Source: Rikenellaceae bacterium
Lineage (GTDB): Bacteria; Bacteroidota; Bacteroidia; Bacteroidales; Rikenellaceae
DNA: 64,000 nucleotides
Assembly: GCA_017442365.1 (NCBI GenBank)
Contig: JAFRZW010000004.1
Span: 13,445 to 77,444 of the forward strand
Reading direction: 5' to 3'
This document shows, one piece after another, positions 9,930 to 20,160 of the stretch. The position numbers and the translations under genes are program-made. Below the pieces are notes generated by a model that was given only the letters and a program-made list of their open reading frames with translations, searched no databases and was not told where the DNA came from. Every line of letters begins with the position of its first letter. Position 1 is the first letter of the stretch.

Positions 9930-10394
9930 ATGTTCTGGATTGTATTACTCATCGTTCTTGGTGCTATATTTCTGATGGCGGAATTGGTCTTGCTGCCCGG
10001 TGTGTCAATAGGAGGCATATTAGCGTTGGTTTGCGATGTGGCAGCGGCATATTTTGCGTTTGCTTGGTATGGTTCAACGGCGGGTTGGATCGCTATCGGA
10101 GCAATCTTTGTGGTGGCAGTTGCGGTTACCATCTTCTCGTTGCGTGCCAAGACGTGGCAGAAACTCTCACTGCGTCAGCAGATTACCTCGTCAAGTATGG
10201 ATACTCCGCAGGATCACAACGTTAAGGTGGGCGATCGTGGCGTAGCGGTTACGCGTTTGGCTCCGATGGGTAAGGTCGAGATTGCGGGCCATACGTTCGA
10301 GGCTAAGAGCGCCACCGAGCTGATCGATCAACAGTCGGAGATCGAGGTTACGGGTTTCGAGAATTTCAATATTATTGTCAAGAAAATTAAGTAA
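9930..10394 (+). CDS. Short NfeD-family protein (TM helices plus OB fold)
   Basis: ELVLLPG motif, TM helices, C-terminal VGDRGVAVTRLAPMGKVEI; adjacent to floA. Confidence 0.88.
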   Translation: MFWIVLLIVLGAIFLMAELVLLPGVSIGGILALVCDVAAAYFAFAWYGSTAGWIAIGAIFVVAVAVTIFSLRAKTWQKLSLRQQITSSSMDTPQDHNVKVGDRGVAVTRLAPMGKVEIAGHTFEAKSATELIDQQSEIEVTGFENFNIIVKKIK

Positions 10395-10418
10395 TAACCA
10401 TAAAATAACCTTTTGACT

Positions 10419-11399
10419 ATGGTAAGTTTTGATAGTATGGGTATGATTGCCCTGATCTGTTTTGCGGGCTTTGTGCTCCTGTTGTTGATTTTCTACTTTA
10501 TTCCAATGGGATTGTGGTTCTCGGCATTGGTGTCGGGTGTGAGAATCAGTCTGTTGCAGTTGGTGCTGATGCGTTGGCGTAAGGTGCCGCCCTCGATTAT
10601 CGTGTCGGCAATGATCGAAGGTACGAAGGCGGGTTTGAAACTCAATGCCAATGATATGGAGGCTCACTACCTCGCAGGTGGTAATATTACCAACGTTGTA
10701 CACGCATTGGTGTCGGCTCAGAAGGCTAACATTAACCTCGACTTCCAGATGGCAACGGCTATCGACTTGGCTGGTCGTGATGTGTTCGAGGCAGTGCAGA
10801 TGTCGGTCAATCCTAAGGTGATTAATACGCCTCCCGTTTCGGCAGTGGCAAAGGACGGTATTCAGCTGATTGCCAAGGCTCGCGTTACGGTGCGTGCCAA
10901 CATTAAGCAGTTGGTTGGTGGTGCCGGTGAGGAGACCGTTCTGGCACGTGTTGGCGAGGGTATTGTATCGAGTATCGGTTCGTCGGAAACTCATAAAGTG
11001 GTGCTCGAAAATCCCGATTTAATCTCGCGTGCGGTGCTGATGAAGGGTCTTGATGCGGGTACGGCTTTCGAGATTCTGTCAATTGATATTGCCGATATTG
11101 ATGTCGGTAAGAACATCGGTGCAGAGTTGCAGATGGATCAGGCTAATGCCGATAAGAATATTGCGCAGGCTAAGGCCGAAGAGCGTCGTGCAATGGCAAT
11201 CGCATTGGAGCAGGAGAATAGGGCTAAGGCTCAGGACGCTCGTGCTCGCGTGATTGAGGCTGAGGCCGAGGTGCCTCTGGCAATTGCCGAGGCTTTCCGT
11301 TCGGGCAATTTGGGTATTATGGATTACTACAAATTGAAGAACATTCAGGCTGATACCACGATGCGCGAAACCATCGCTAAGCCGACCGAGAAGAAGTAG
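10419..11399 (+). CDS. floA: Flotillin-like protein FloA (YqfA family)
   Basis: LEAHYLAGG-like [25 protein letters not shown] and GNLGIMDYY motifs. ATG at 10419 preferred over TTG at 10413. Confidence 0.93.
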   Translation: MVSFDSMGMIALICFAGFVLLLLIFYFIPMGLWFSALVSGVRISLLQLVLMRWRKVPPSIIVSAMIEGTKAGLKLNANDMEAHYLAGGNITNVVHALVSAQKANINLDFQMATAIDLAGRDVFEAVQMSVNPKVINTPPVSAVAKDGIQLIAKARVTVRANIKQLVGGAGEETVLARVGEGIVSSIGSSETHKVVLENPDLISRAVLMKGLDAGTAFEILSIDIADIDVGKNIGAELQMDQANADKNIAQAKAEERRAMAIALEQENRAKAQDARARVIEAEAEVPLAIAEAFRSGNLGIMDYYKLKNIQADTTMRETIAKPTEKK

Positions 11400-11429
11400 C
11401 CGAGCACTACCCTTTTGGGTCGAAAAACG

Positions 11430-11467
11430 AATCGCGTCCACCTCGCAAGGTGGGCGCGATTTTGTTT
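11430..11467. terminator. Intrinsic terminator between convergent floA and the HD gene
   Basis: AATCGCGTCCACC / GGTGGGCGCGATT stem followed by TTTGTTT. Confidence 0.8.
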
Positions 11468-12086
11468 AGCGGTTGCGCTCTTCGGCCAGCAACCGATCAA
11501 ATGTTTGACGCAACAGTTCGCTATTCTTTATAAGTTGCCGTAGCTCGGCTAAGCGTGCGCTATTCTTCGATTCGGGAATCCATAGGCGCAGGTATCCACC
11601 GTCGGCATATTTCTCTTGCAGATGGGCGCAAAAACGCGCATACTGTCCCTCGGCGTCAAGCTGAGGATAGTTGGTTAATCCGTATTGAACGGTGCGACGC
11701 AGGGTAATTTCGGGATCGATTACACGATCGGCCTCGGCGACAATGCGTCCATATATCGAGCGTGGTTCGTGATCCGACGAGGCTCGATGATCCTCGGCGG
11801 CGCAGGCAATCACCTCGATCTCCTCTTTGGAGAACCATTGTCGCAACACTCGATCGGCACGAATAATCCTGCCCGACACCAAATGGTGCAACTTGCGCCC
11901 CTCGCTCAATCCCAAATCGTGATAGGCGGCTGCAACATAGACCATACGTCGATCAGCATCGTAATGCTCAGCCAACGCAAGGCTCTCGGCTATCACCGTG
12001 CGCACGTGATCGATCGAGTGGGCACGATCAAAGGCGGCATAGCGAGGTATAATCTCCTGCTCGATATATTGCTGTATTTCGTTCAT
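11466..12086 (-). CDS. HD-domain phosphohydrolase
   Basis: AHSIDH, AAYHDLG, EDHRAS and VAEADR metal-ligand motifs. Confidence 0.88.
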   Translation of the reverse strand: MNEIQQYIEQEIIPRYAAFDRAHSIDHVRTVIAESLALAEHYDADRRMVYVAAAYHDLGLSEGRKLHHLVSGRIIRADRVLRQWFSKEEIEVIACAAEDHRASSDHEPRSIYGRIVAEADRVIDPEITLRRTVQYGLTNYPQLDAEGQYARFCAHLQEKYADGGYLRLWIPESKNSARLAELRQLIKNSELLRQTFDRLLAEERNR

Positions 12087-12098
12087 TCTAAGTCGATT

Positions 12099-12129
12099 AA
12101 AAAATAACCGACCTCTGGGAGATCGGTTA
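12099..12129 (-). terminator. Intrinsic terminator after the lipoprotein gene
   Basis: Minus strand TAACCGATCT-ccc-AGAGGTCGGTTA followed by TTTTTT. Confidence 0.75.
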
Positions 12130-12154
12130 CTAAGTTATGTTGTGGGTGATCGTA

Positions 12155-13522
12155 CTATTCCTTTACGCAACGAACTTGGAAACCTCCTGCGCGATAGTTC
12201 GCCTGCGTTGTGTCGAATGTATCACGGTTGAAGTAGAAGCCAACCGACTTGTCGTTCGACGTTGAGTTTGCGCTCCAATAGTAGCCCGTCCAAAGCGTAC
12301 CATCGTGGTTGGTGTTTGTAAGCACGCCCTTCGAGAAACTACGACGACCGGCAGCGGGATAGAATGTTGTTGTGCCACCGAAATTGAAATACCAGCCGCT
12401 CTCAAACTCTCCGTCAGTGCTCTCTTGAACGCTATTCCAAACCTTGCTGTCGGGCACTTTCCAACCTGCCGGGCAGGGATCGTACATTGTCTTATTGGCT
12501 GCCCAGAGCGATGCGTCGTGAGCCTTGTAGAGCCAATCGTAACCGCTTGCTTCGACACCTTTGATTATTCGGGTCGGGCACTTGATTGCATATTCGAGCG
12601 TACCGATCTCCTCGTCGCACTCAACGGGCGAGAATCCGATGTTGTTGTTCAGATTGTTGTAGGTAGATGCGTTCGATGTCGATGTTGCGTTTGCACTCAT
12701 AATGAGCGGATCCTTGCGACCCCACTGATAGAACAGGCCATACGCGCGATAGAGATCGTCGCTACCGTCGCTCATTGCACCGAGGTTGCGATCCATCATT
12801 ACACTACCATCTGGATAGGTGATATTATCCTCTTCGGGATTGTAGTCGGTCAGCCATAAGTGCCAGCTCCACAAGATAGTTTCGTTGGCGTCCTTCACAG
12901 CGATCAATGCGTTACCCTCGTTGATCTTCGTGTCGTCATTTGCGTCGGCAGTAGTTGTGAACGAGACGTGGTCGCCATCGAGCATTACGGGACCGAGTAG
13001 GTTTTTGCTCGTCTGCCAAACAACCTCAGCCGAGATGGGTGTGCCACCAATGCTCTGCGACGAGTTTCCTTTGACCGTTGCCTTGATTTTGTAGCGGGTG
13101 TTGGGCTGGCTGATGATGTAGCTGTTAGCGTTCTGGACGATAGTTGTAGCCGGCATTATTTCGACCTTTAACTGAGCCGAAACGGTGCGCTCCTTGCGGT
13201 GTACCGAGATCTTGACAACGCCACTCGTCTCGCCTACACCCTTGGCCGGTGCGGTAACTTTGAGCAGGGTTTTCGAAGGCAGTTCTGCCTTCCAACCTTC
13301 GGGCACCTCTTCGATCTCGTACGAGTGCTCCTTCTTCATTGAAACCTCAAACGAGTGGGTCTGACCGTAATCAAATTGTGCGATTGACGGTGCGTTCTTC
13401 AACTCTACGCGCAGCTGGTTGTCCTCGTCGTCGTTTTCGCACGAAGTGAAGACGATTGCCACGGTTGCAAGCATTGCGCACAGAGCGATAAAAGAGTGTC
13501 TAAATATTTTCATTTTCTGCAT
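12155..13522 (-). CDS. Surface lipoprotein, fimbrillin/Mfa-tip-like, with FISUMP (CLec-like) C-terminal domain
   Basis: Lipobox FTSC. Motifs ANSYII, GNALIAV..ILWSWHLW, MDRNLGA, GLFYQWGRKDP, DPCPAGWKVP, GYYWS and GFQVRCVKE. Start set after the -7 box at 13541-13548. Confidence 0.75.
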   Translation of the reverse strand: MQKMKIFRHSFIALCAMLATVAIVFTSCENDDEDNQLRVELKNAPSIAQFDYGQTHSFEVSMKKEHSYEIEEVPEGWKAELPSKTLLKVTAPAKGVGETSGVVKISVHRKERTVSAQLKVEIMPATTIVQNANSYIISQPNTRYKIKATVKGNSSQSIGGTPISAEVVWQTSKNLLGPVMLDGDHVSFTTTADANDDTKINEGNALIAVKDANETILWSWHLWLTDYNPEEDNITYPDGSVMMDRNLGAMSDGSDDLYRAYGLFYQWGRKDPLIMSANATSTSNASTYNNLNNNIGFSPVECDEEIGTLEYAIKCPTRIIKGVEASGYDWLYKAHDASLWAANKTMYDPCPAGWKVPDSKVWNSVQESTDGEFESGWYFNFGGTTTFYPAAGRRSFSKGVLTNTNHDGTLWTGYYWSANSTSNDKSVGFYFNRDTFDTTQANYRAGGFQVRCVKE

Positions 13523-13679
13523 AATTTTCAAAATTTCGGGCAAAGTTACCAAAATACCTTTGATTTCCCAACCGAACGAGAGCATATTTCGCCCTAAATA
13601 CCTAAATAAATTGTCGTTGGTTGCTCTAAAAACGTAAGGTGTGGGCGGTTTAGTATTCGCTTGCTGAAAAATTAATCGG

Positions 13680-14927
13680 CTATTTGCTTCTCAATTGTTC
13701 CAAATCATCGAAGAACGATGGGTAAGATTTGGCGACGCACTCGGCTCCTTCAATGGTAATCGGAGCATCGGCTGTCAGCGCAGCGATGGCCATCGACATC
13801 GCAATGCGATGGTCGCCGTGGCTGTCGGCTGTGCAACCGTGAATCTTACCACCGCGAACACGCATAATATTCTGCTCGTCGATATCGACTTCGATACCCG
13901 CTTTGGCATACTCCTCGGCTAATGTTGCAGCGCGGTTGCTCTCCTTATGTAGCAGTCGCTCAGTGCCATAGAGGGTCGATGTACCTTCGCAATTGGCAGC
14001 TAACGCAACCAAAGCAGGGAACAGATCGGGGCAATGTGTAGCGTCAAACTCAAATGCTTTCAATCGTCGATGGCGTACTGTTATGGCATTGTCGGTTGAT
14101 TCAACCTCGGCACCTGCGCTAATCAGAGCATCGATGATTGCCGTGTCAGCCTGCAACGATAGACGGCTGATGTTTTCGACCGTAACCTCGCCTGCAACAG
14201 CTCCCGCAACAAACATCGGCGCAGCTCCACTCCAATCGCCCTCGATCATATAGTCGGTGGCGGAGTAATGCTGGTTGCCCTCGATGAAGAACTCACAATA
14301 GTCTTTATGTGCTATTTCGACTCCGAAACGACGTGCTGTGTCGATGGTCATATCGACGTACGGCAGGCTTTTGAGATTCTTGACATAGATGGTCGTATCG
14401 TTCTGAGCCATAGGCAATGACAATAGCAGACCTGTCAAAAATTGCGAACTGATCGAACCATCAACCGCAACCTCGCCACCCTGCATCGGGCCGCTTACCT
14501 GAATGGGCAAAAATCCACCTCCGTCGCGCACCTCGACGCCCAACTGTCGCAACGGGTCGATCATCATCGAAATAGGACGATAGAGAATCGTGCCCTCACC
14601 GTTGATTGTAATCGGTTGGTTGTGCAACGATGCAATCGGTGTGAAAAGTCGTGTCGCAAGTCCCGACTCGCCAATATGCAGACGGTCGGTGCGAGGAGCG
14701 AGCCCGCCACGTACTCGGATTGTCGAATCGTCAATGAGGGTAACCTCCGCACCGAGAGCTTCGATGCAACGAATTGCCGAGCGGGTGTCGTCGCATAATT
14801 CGAGGTTGCCGATCGTTGATTCGCCATCGGCAAGCAATGCTACTGCCAATGCTCGTTGAGCATAGCTTTTCGAGCACGGAGGAGTTATGCTGCCACTTAT
14901 AGCAGAAGATGAGATGATCTGCTTCAT
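13680..14927 (-). CDS. aroA: 3-phosphoshikimate 1-carboxyvinyltransferase
   Basis: SKSYAQRA, GESGLATR, SSQFLTGLL, KESNRA and DHRIAM motifs. Confidence 0.96.
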   Translation of the reverse strand: MKQIISSSAISGSITPPCSKSYAQRALAVALLADGESTIGNLELCDDTRSAIRCIEALGAEVTLIDDSTIRVRGGLAPRTDRLHIGESGLATRLFTPIASLHNQPITINGEGTILYRPISMMIDPLRQLGVEVRDGGGFLPIQVSGPMQGGEVAVDGSISSQFLTGLLLSLPMAQNDTTIYVKNLKSLPYVDMTIDTARRFGVEIAHKDYCEFFIEGNQHYSATDYMIEGDWSGAAPMFVAGAVAGEVTVENISRLSLQADTAIIDALISAGAEVESTDNAITVRHRRLKAFEFDATHCPDLFPALVALAANCEGTSTLYGTERLLHKESNRAATLAEEYAKAGIEVDIDEQNIMRVRGGKIHGCTADSHGDHRIAMSMAIAALTADAPITIEGAECVAKSYPSFFDDLEQLRSK

Positions 14928-15665
14928 TTATCTCAGTTTGAAATCCTTACCCAAATAGACTTTTCGTACCTGTTCGTCGTTGGCCAAGTCCTCAGCCGAG
15001 CCCGCTTTTAGAATCTTGCCTTCGAAAAGCAGATAGGTGCGGTCGGTGATCGAGAGCGTTTCGTGAACGTTGTGGTCGGTGATGATTACGCCGATATTTT
15101 TATCCTTCAACGTGCCGACGATACTTTGGATATCCTCGACAGCAATGGGATCGACACCCGCAAACGGCTCATCAAGCAAGATGAATTTGGGGTTGATAGC
15201 CACGGCACGCGCAATCTCGGTACGGCGACGCTCGCCACCCGAAAGTTGAATACCGAGGCTCTTGCGCACCTTTTGCAGGCGGAACTCCTCGATCAGGTTT
15301 TCGACACGTTCGCGCTGGTACTCTTTCGAGAAATCGGTCATTTCGAGCACCGAACGAATGTTGTCCTCGACACTCAGTTTGCGGAATACCGACGCCTCCT
15401 GTGCCAAATAGCCTACACCCAGCTGCGCACGCTTATATACAGGTAGCGAGGTGAGCCTTGTTACTTGGTTGTTATCGTCTTCGAGATAGATGTCTCCTTC
15501 GTTGGGTTTGATCAGTCCGACGATCATATAGAACGATGTGGTTTTGCCTGCTCCGTTAGGACCAAGCAGACCAACAATTTCACCCTGCTTAACATCAATA
15601 GAAACGTGATCTACGACGGTACGGGCCTTGTATCGCTTGACAAGATCTTTTGTGTATAGCCTCAT
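14928..15665 (-). CDS. lptB: LPS export ABC transporter ATPase
   Basis: GPNGAGKTT, YLAQEASVFRKL, LSGGERRR and DEPFAGVDP motifs; start at ATG 15665 (MRLYTKDLVK). Confidence 0.95.
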   Translation of the reverse strand: MRLYTKDLVKRYKARTVVDHVSIDVKQGEIVGLLGPNGAGKTTSFYMIVGLIKPNEGDIYLEDDNNQVTRLTSLPVYKRAQLGVGYLAQEASVFRKLSVEDNIRSVLEMTDFSKEYQRERVENLIEEFRLQKVRKSLGIQLSGGERRRTEIARAVAINPKFILLDEPFAGVDPIAVEDIQSIVGTLKDKNIGVIITDHNVHETLSITDRTYLLFEGKILKAGSAEDLANDEQVRKVYLGKDFKLR

Positions 15666-15753
15666 TTTTTTTGCTAAATTTTTGCACAAAGTTATGGAAA
15701 TTTCCGAAAAAAGTTGTATCTTCACATCAAATTTGTTTCAACTACACGAATCT

Positions 15754-17946
15754 ATGGCGGAAGATTTACATAACCTGTTGCACGACAAGCTGAAAGAGTA
15801 TTTCGGTTTCACGTCGTTCAAAGGCTATCAAGAATCGGTAATAAAAAATGTACTCGAAGGTAAGGACACCTTTGTATTAATGCCTACCGGTGGTGGCAAA
15901 TCGTTGTGCTACCAATTGCCGGCGATGATTATGGACGGCGTTGCGATCATCATTTCACCGCTGATCGCGCTGATGAAGAACCAGGTCGATTCGATGCGAA
16001 CATTCGCAGCCGAAACGGGTGTGGCACACTTTCTCAATTCGTCGCTGAATAAGACGGCAGTCAATCAGGTGCGCGCCGATGTGCTTGCCGGTAAGACCAA
16101 GTTACTCTATTTTGCGCCCGAATCACTAACGAAAGAGGATAATGTCGAGTTCCTGCGCAAGATCAAGATCTCGTTCTATGCCATCGACGAGGCGCATTGT
16201 ATCTCGGAGTGGGGACACGATTTCCGTCCTGAGTATCGCCGTATCCGCCCCATTATCAACGATATCGGTCAAGCTCCGCTGATTGCATTGACGGCTACCG
16301 CCACGCCTAAGGTGCAGATGGATATTCAGAAGAATCTGGGTATGCAGGACGCTACGGTGTTCAAATCGTCGTTCAATCGCTCGAATCTCTATTACGAAAT
16401 TCGTCCCAAGCACGATGCGTCGAAGGAGATCATTCGATTCATCAAACAGAACGAGGGCAAGTCGGGTATTATCTATTGCCTGAGCCGTAAGAAGGTCGAG
16501 GAGTTGGCCGAGCTGCTGGTTGCCAATGGTATCAAGGCACTGCCCTACCACGCAGGTATGGACGCCGCTACACGTGCCAATAATCAAGACGCATTCCTGC
16601 ACGAAGATGTCGATGTGATCGTTGCGACGATTGCATTCGGTATGGGTATCGACAAACCCGACGTGCGCTATGTGATCCATTACGATATTCCCAAGAGCCT
16701 CGAAGGCTACTATCAGGAGACGGGTCGTGCCGGTCGTGATGGTGGCGAGGGCCGTTGCATTGCGTTTTATAGCTACAAGGATATTCAGAAGCTCGAAAAG
16801 TTTATGCAGGGTAAGCCTGTGGCCGAGCAGGAGATTGGTAAGTTGCTGTTGCAGGAAACGGTGTCGTATGCCGAAAGCTCGATTTGTCGTCGTAAGACTC
16901 TGCTGCACTACTTTGGTGAGGAATATACCGAGGAGAATTGTGGTAACTGCGACAACTGTCTGCACCCGCGCCCGCAGAAGGACGCTAAGGCTGCAACACA
17001 GTTGATGCTCAAAACGTTGGCATTCATTGGCGATAAATTTAAGTCGGATTATCTGATCAATGTTTTGGTCGGTAAGGTTACGGCGTTGAATAAGAGCTAT
17101 GGTCATAACGAGTGCGAGTGGTTTGGTGCAGGTGCCGATTACGATGCCAAGTTCTGGGGTGCTGTGGTTCGTCAGGCGCATATTTTGGGCTTGATTGATA
17201 AGAATATCGAGAATTATGGCTTGCAGTCGATCAACGACAAGGGTCGTTCGTATATCAACCTGCCCTTCCCGATTATGATTACACTCGACCACGATTACGA
17301 TGCCGAGGAGAAGGAGATCGAGGCTGCTACGCCTCAGGGTCGTGGTGGCGTAGCCGACGAGGAGCTGTTCCTGATGTTGAAGGATCTGCGCAAGAAGGTG
17401 GCCAAGAAACACGACCTGCCTCCGTTTGTGGTGTTCCAGGATCCGTCGCTCGAAGATATGTCGATCCAATACCCGATTACCATCGAGGAGATGCAGAATA
17501 TTACGGGTGTAGGTGTCGGCAAGGCTAAGAAGTTTGGCGCTGAGTTCGTTAAACTGATCAAGCAGTATGTCGAGGAGAAAGAGATTATCCGCCCGCAGGA
17601 TATGGTCGTGAAGAGCGTGGGTAATAAGAGTGGCAATAAGATCTTTATCATTCAGTCGATCGATCGTAAGATGGATTTCGAAGATATTGCTCGTGCAAAG
17701 GATTTGGAGTTTGACGAACTGCTGACCGAGATCGAAGGTATTGTCAATTCGGGTACGCGCTTGGATATCAAGTACTACATCGATAGCTATATGGACGAAG
17801 ACAAGGCCGAGGATATTTACCTATATTTTAAGGAGGACGCCGAGAGCGACTCGTTGGCTGAGGCTGTCGAGGAGTTGGGCTCGGAATATACCGAGGAGGA
17901 GATTCGTCTGATCCGTATCAAGTTTATTTGCGAACAGGGAAACTAA
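15754..17946 (+). CDS. recQ: DNA helicase RecQ
   Basis: PTGGGKS, IDEAHCISEWGHDFR, ATIAFGMGIDK, QETGRAGRDG, Zn-binding CGNCDNC and HRDC; start at ATG 15754. Confidence 0.97.
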   Translation: MAEDLHNLLHDKLKEYFGFTSFKGYQESVIKNVLEGKDTFVLMPTGGGKSLCYQLPAMIMDGVAIIISPLIALMKNQVDSMRTFAAETGVAHFLNSSLNKTAVNQVRADVLAGKTKLLYFAPESLTKEDNVEFLRKIKISFYAIDEAHCISEWGHDFRPEYRRIRPIINDIGQAPLIALTATATPKVQMDIQKNLGMQDATVFKSSFNRSNLYYEIRPKHDASKEIIRFIKQNEGKSGIIYCLSRKKVEELAELLVANGIKALPYHAGMDAATRANNQDAFLHEDVDVIVATIAFGMGIDKPDVRYVIHYDIPKSLEGYYQETGRAGRDGGEGRCIAFYSYKDIQKLEKFMQGKPVAEQEIGKLLLQETVSYAESSICRRKTLLHYFGEEYTEENCGNCDNCLHPRPQKDAKAATQLMLKTLAFIGDKFKSDYLINVLVGKVTALNKSYGHNECEWFGAGADYDAKFWGAVVRQAHILGLIDKNIENYGLQSINDKGRSYINLPFPIMITLDHDYDAEEKEIEAATPQGRGGVADEELFLMLKDLRKKVAKKHDLPPFVVFQDPSLEDMSIQYPITIEEMQNITGVGVGKAKKFGAEFVKLIKQYVEEKEIIRPQDMVVKSVGNKSGNKIFIIQSIDRKMDFEDIARAKDLEFDELLTEIEGIVNSGTRLDIKYYIDSYMDEDKAEDIYLYFKEDAESDSLAEAVEELGSEYTEEEIRLIRIKFICEQGN

Positions 17947-17956
17947 TCGAATAAAA

Positions 17957-18745
17957 ATGACCGAAGTACGTGCAAAAAAGGCTCTCGGACAGCATTTCTT
18001 GACCGATCTGAATATAGCTCGCAAAATATGTTACTCGATGTCGGGTGGTACGCCCGAGCAACCTGCAACGGTGTTGGAGGTTGGTTGTGGTATGGGAGTG
18101 CTGACCCAATTCCTGTTGCAGAGAGATGATGTGGTAACCTATGGAGCGGAGATCGATCGCGAGAGTGTGGTCTATCTCAACGAGCACTACCCTGCTTTCT
18201 CGCCGCGACTGATTGAGGGCGACTTTTTGCAAATGGATCTTCGTGCGATGTTCCCTGACGGAGTGCGAGTGATCGGTAACTTTCCGTATAATATTTCGTC
18301 GCAGATATTCTTCAAAGTGATCGAAAATCGTGATCTTGTGCCCGAGTGTGTTGGTATGATCCAGCGTGAGGTGGCAGTTCGCTTAGCCGAACCACCGGGA
18401 TCGAAGGAGTATGGCATTCTGAGCGTGCTGTTGCAGGCGTGGTACGATATCGAGTATCTATTTACGGTTGGCGAGCAGGTGTTTAATCCTCCTCCGAAAG
18501 TTAAGAGTGCGGTGATTCGTTTGGTGCGCAATCAGACTACCAAACTCGACTGCGATGAACAACTTTTTGTGAAGGTCGTTAAAGCATCGTTTGGTCAGCG
18601 TCGTAAGATGTTGCGCAACTCGTTGAAATCGGTATTTGGTGATTTTGGTGGAGTCGAGCATAGATTTTTCACGCAACGAGCTGAGCAGTTGTCGGTGGCT
18701 GATTTCGTCGAATTGACACAATGGGTTGCCGCAAATCGCAAATAG
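17957..18745 (+). CDS. rsmA: 16S rRNA m6,2A dimethyltransferase
   Basis: KKALGQHFL, LEVGCGMG, GNFPYNISS, FNPPPKVKS and FGQRRKML motifs. Confidence 0.96.
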   Translation: MTEVRAKKALGQHFLTDLNIARKICYSMSGGTPEQPATVLEVGCGMGVLTQFLLQRDDVVTYGAEIDRESVVYLNEHYPAFSPRLIEGDFLQMDLRAMFPDGVRVIGNFPYNISSQIFFKVIENRDLVPECVGMIQREVAVRLAEPPGSKEYGILSVLLQAWYDIEYLFTVGEQVFNPPPKVKSAVIRLVRNQTTKLDCDEQLFVKVVKASFGQRRKMLRNSLKSVFGDFGGVEHRFFTQRAEQLSVADFVELTQWVAANRK

Positions 18746-18765
18746 CATAATGATAAGGTATAAAG

Positions 18766-18805
18766 AAAAAGGTTCGCACTCTTGATCAGTGCGAACCTTT
18801 TATTT
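18766..18805. terminator. Bidirectional terminator between rsmA and tRNA-Leu
   Basis: AAAAAGGTTCGCACT / AGTGCGAACCTTTT inverted repeat. Confidence 0.85.
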
Positions 18806-18808
18806 GTG

Positions 18809-18897
18809 TGGTACTCGGAGCGGGAATCGAACCCGCACGGCCGTTGCTGGCCACAGGATTTTAAGTCCGGCGTGTCTACCTATTCCACCATCCGAGC
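18809..18897 (-). tRNA. tRNA-Leu (TAA), long variable arm, CCA encoded
   Basis: GCTCGGATGGTGGAATAGGTAGACAC...GGACT-TAA-AATCC...GGTTCGATTCCCGCTCCGAGTACCA; -7 box TACTTTTG at 18924-18931. Confidence 0.96.
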
Positions 18898-19023
18898 AAC
18901 CCTATTGTGCGTTATTGCGAGTGCAAAAGTATCGATTTTATTTTGAAATTGCAAATTAATACATTGAAGCCTTGTTGCTAATCTAATAACTTTTCCTTAA
19001 ATTTGTCAAAATTCTATCCTATT

Positions 19024-20160
19024 ATGAAAAAGATACTCTTACAATTAGCGGTCGTGGCCGTATGTTGCGGTTGCGCGCAGGAGGCTGCAAAGGTGCAGGA
19101 GCAAGAGCCCGCAGCTGAACCTCAGAAAATCGAAAATCCTATGGTCGATTCGGTGTCGTTGGCCGTTACTCCCGTCAAGGACCAAGCTCGTACGGGCACT
19201 TGTTGGGCATACGGTGGCGTGTCGATGCTCGAAAGCGAAGTTATGCGTCGCGGTGGCGAGGAGCTGAATCTCTCGGAGATGTGGGTGGCTCGCAATGCGT
19301 GGAAAGAGAAGGCTGTGAAGTATGTCCGCTTGAATGGTCGTATGAACCTCTGGCAAGGTGGCGAGCTGCACGATGTGCTCTACATTGTTGATCGTTATGG
19401 CATTGTGCCTCAGTCGGTTTATGAGGGTAATTCGTCGGACGGTCAGTATGATCATCGTGAGTTGTGCAACGCAATGGTCGATTGCGCAGAGAAGATGGTC
19501 GAGGAGAAGGCTTACAAAAACGATGGCTGGCAGGACGAGTTTGATAAGATTCTTGACGAATATCTGGGCGTGCGCCCCGAAACTTTCGAGGTTGATGGCG
19601 TCGAATATACTCCCAAGAGCTATGCCGAGAAGTTGGGTCTGTCGGGCGATGATTTTGTCTATCTGACCTCGTTTGCTCACCACCCCTACTACGAGGAGTT
19701 CTCGATCGAAATTCCCGATAATTGGTTAGGTGAGAAGGCTATCAATCTGCCTTTGGACGAACTGCTTGCAGTGATGTATTCGGCTGTGGAACAGGGCTAT
19801 ACCATTGGTCTTGGCTCGGACATTTCGGAGTATAGCTACGGTGGTGGTATTTGCGTATTGCCGACCGATGAAAATTATGTGAAGGGTGCTCTGCCCGCGG
19901 AGGAGATTGCGGTTGATGAGGCTCTGCGCTTGAAGTGGTTCGACGATCGCACAACGGTTGATGACCACATTATGCACATCGTAGGTCTGTCGTACGATCC
20001 TCAGGGTCGCCGTTATTTCAAGGTGAAGGATTCGGGTGGTGTTTCGCGCAATTTCGATGGCTACTGCTACATCTCGGAGAGCTTTATGCGCGGTAAGGTG
20101 ATCGAGATCGCGGTTAATCGCGCTGCGGTAGATCCTGCTTTGCTTGCTCAATGCAAGTAA
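19024..20160 (+). CDS. C1 family (aminopeptidase C-like) cysteine peptidase, probable lipoprotein
   Basis: DQARTGTCW (Gln/Cys) and DDHIMH (His); signal peptide ending VCCGC. The third catalytic motif is atypical (VKDSGG). Confidence 0.85.
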   Translation: MKKILLQLAVVAVCCGCAQEAAKVQEQEPAAEPQKIENPMVDSVSLAVTPVKDQARTGTCWAYGGVSMLESEVMRRGGEELNLSEMWVARNAWKEKAVKYVRLNGRMNLWQGGELHDVLYIVDRYGIVPQSVYEGNSSDGQYDHRELCNAMVDCAEKMVEEKAYKNDGWQDEFDKILDEYLGVRPETFEVDGVEYTPKSYAEKLGLSGDDFVYLTSFAHHPYYEEFSIEIPDNWLGEKAINLPLDELLAVMYSAVEQGYTIGLGSDISEYSYGGGICVLPTDENYVKGALPAEEIAVDEALRLKWFDDRTTVDDHIMHIVGLSYDPQGRRYFKVKDSGGVSRNFDGYCYISESFMRGKVIEIAVNRAAVDPALLAQCK

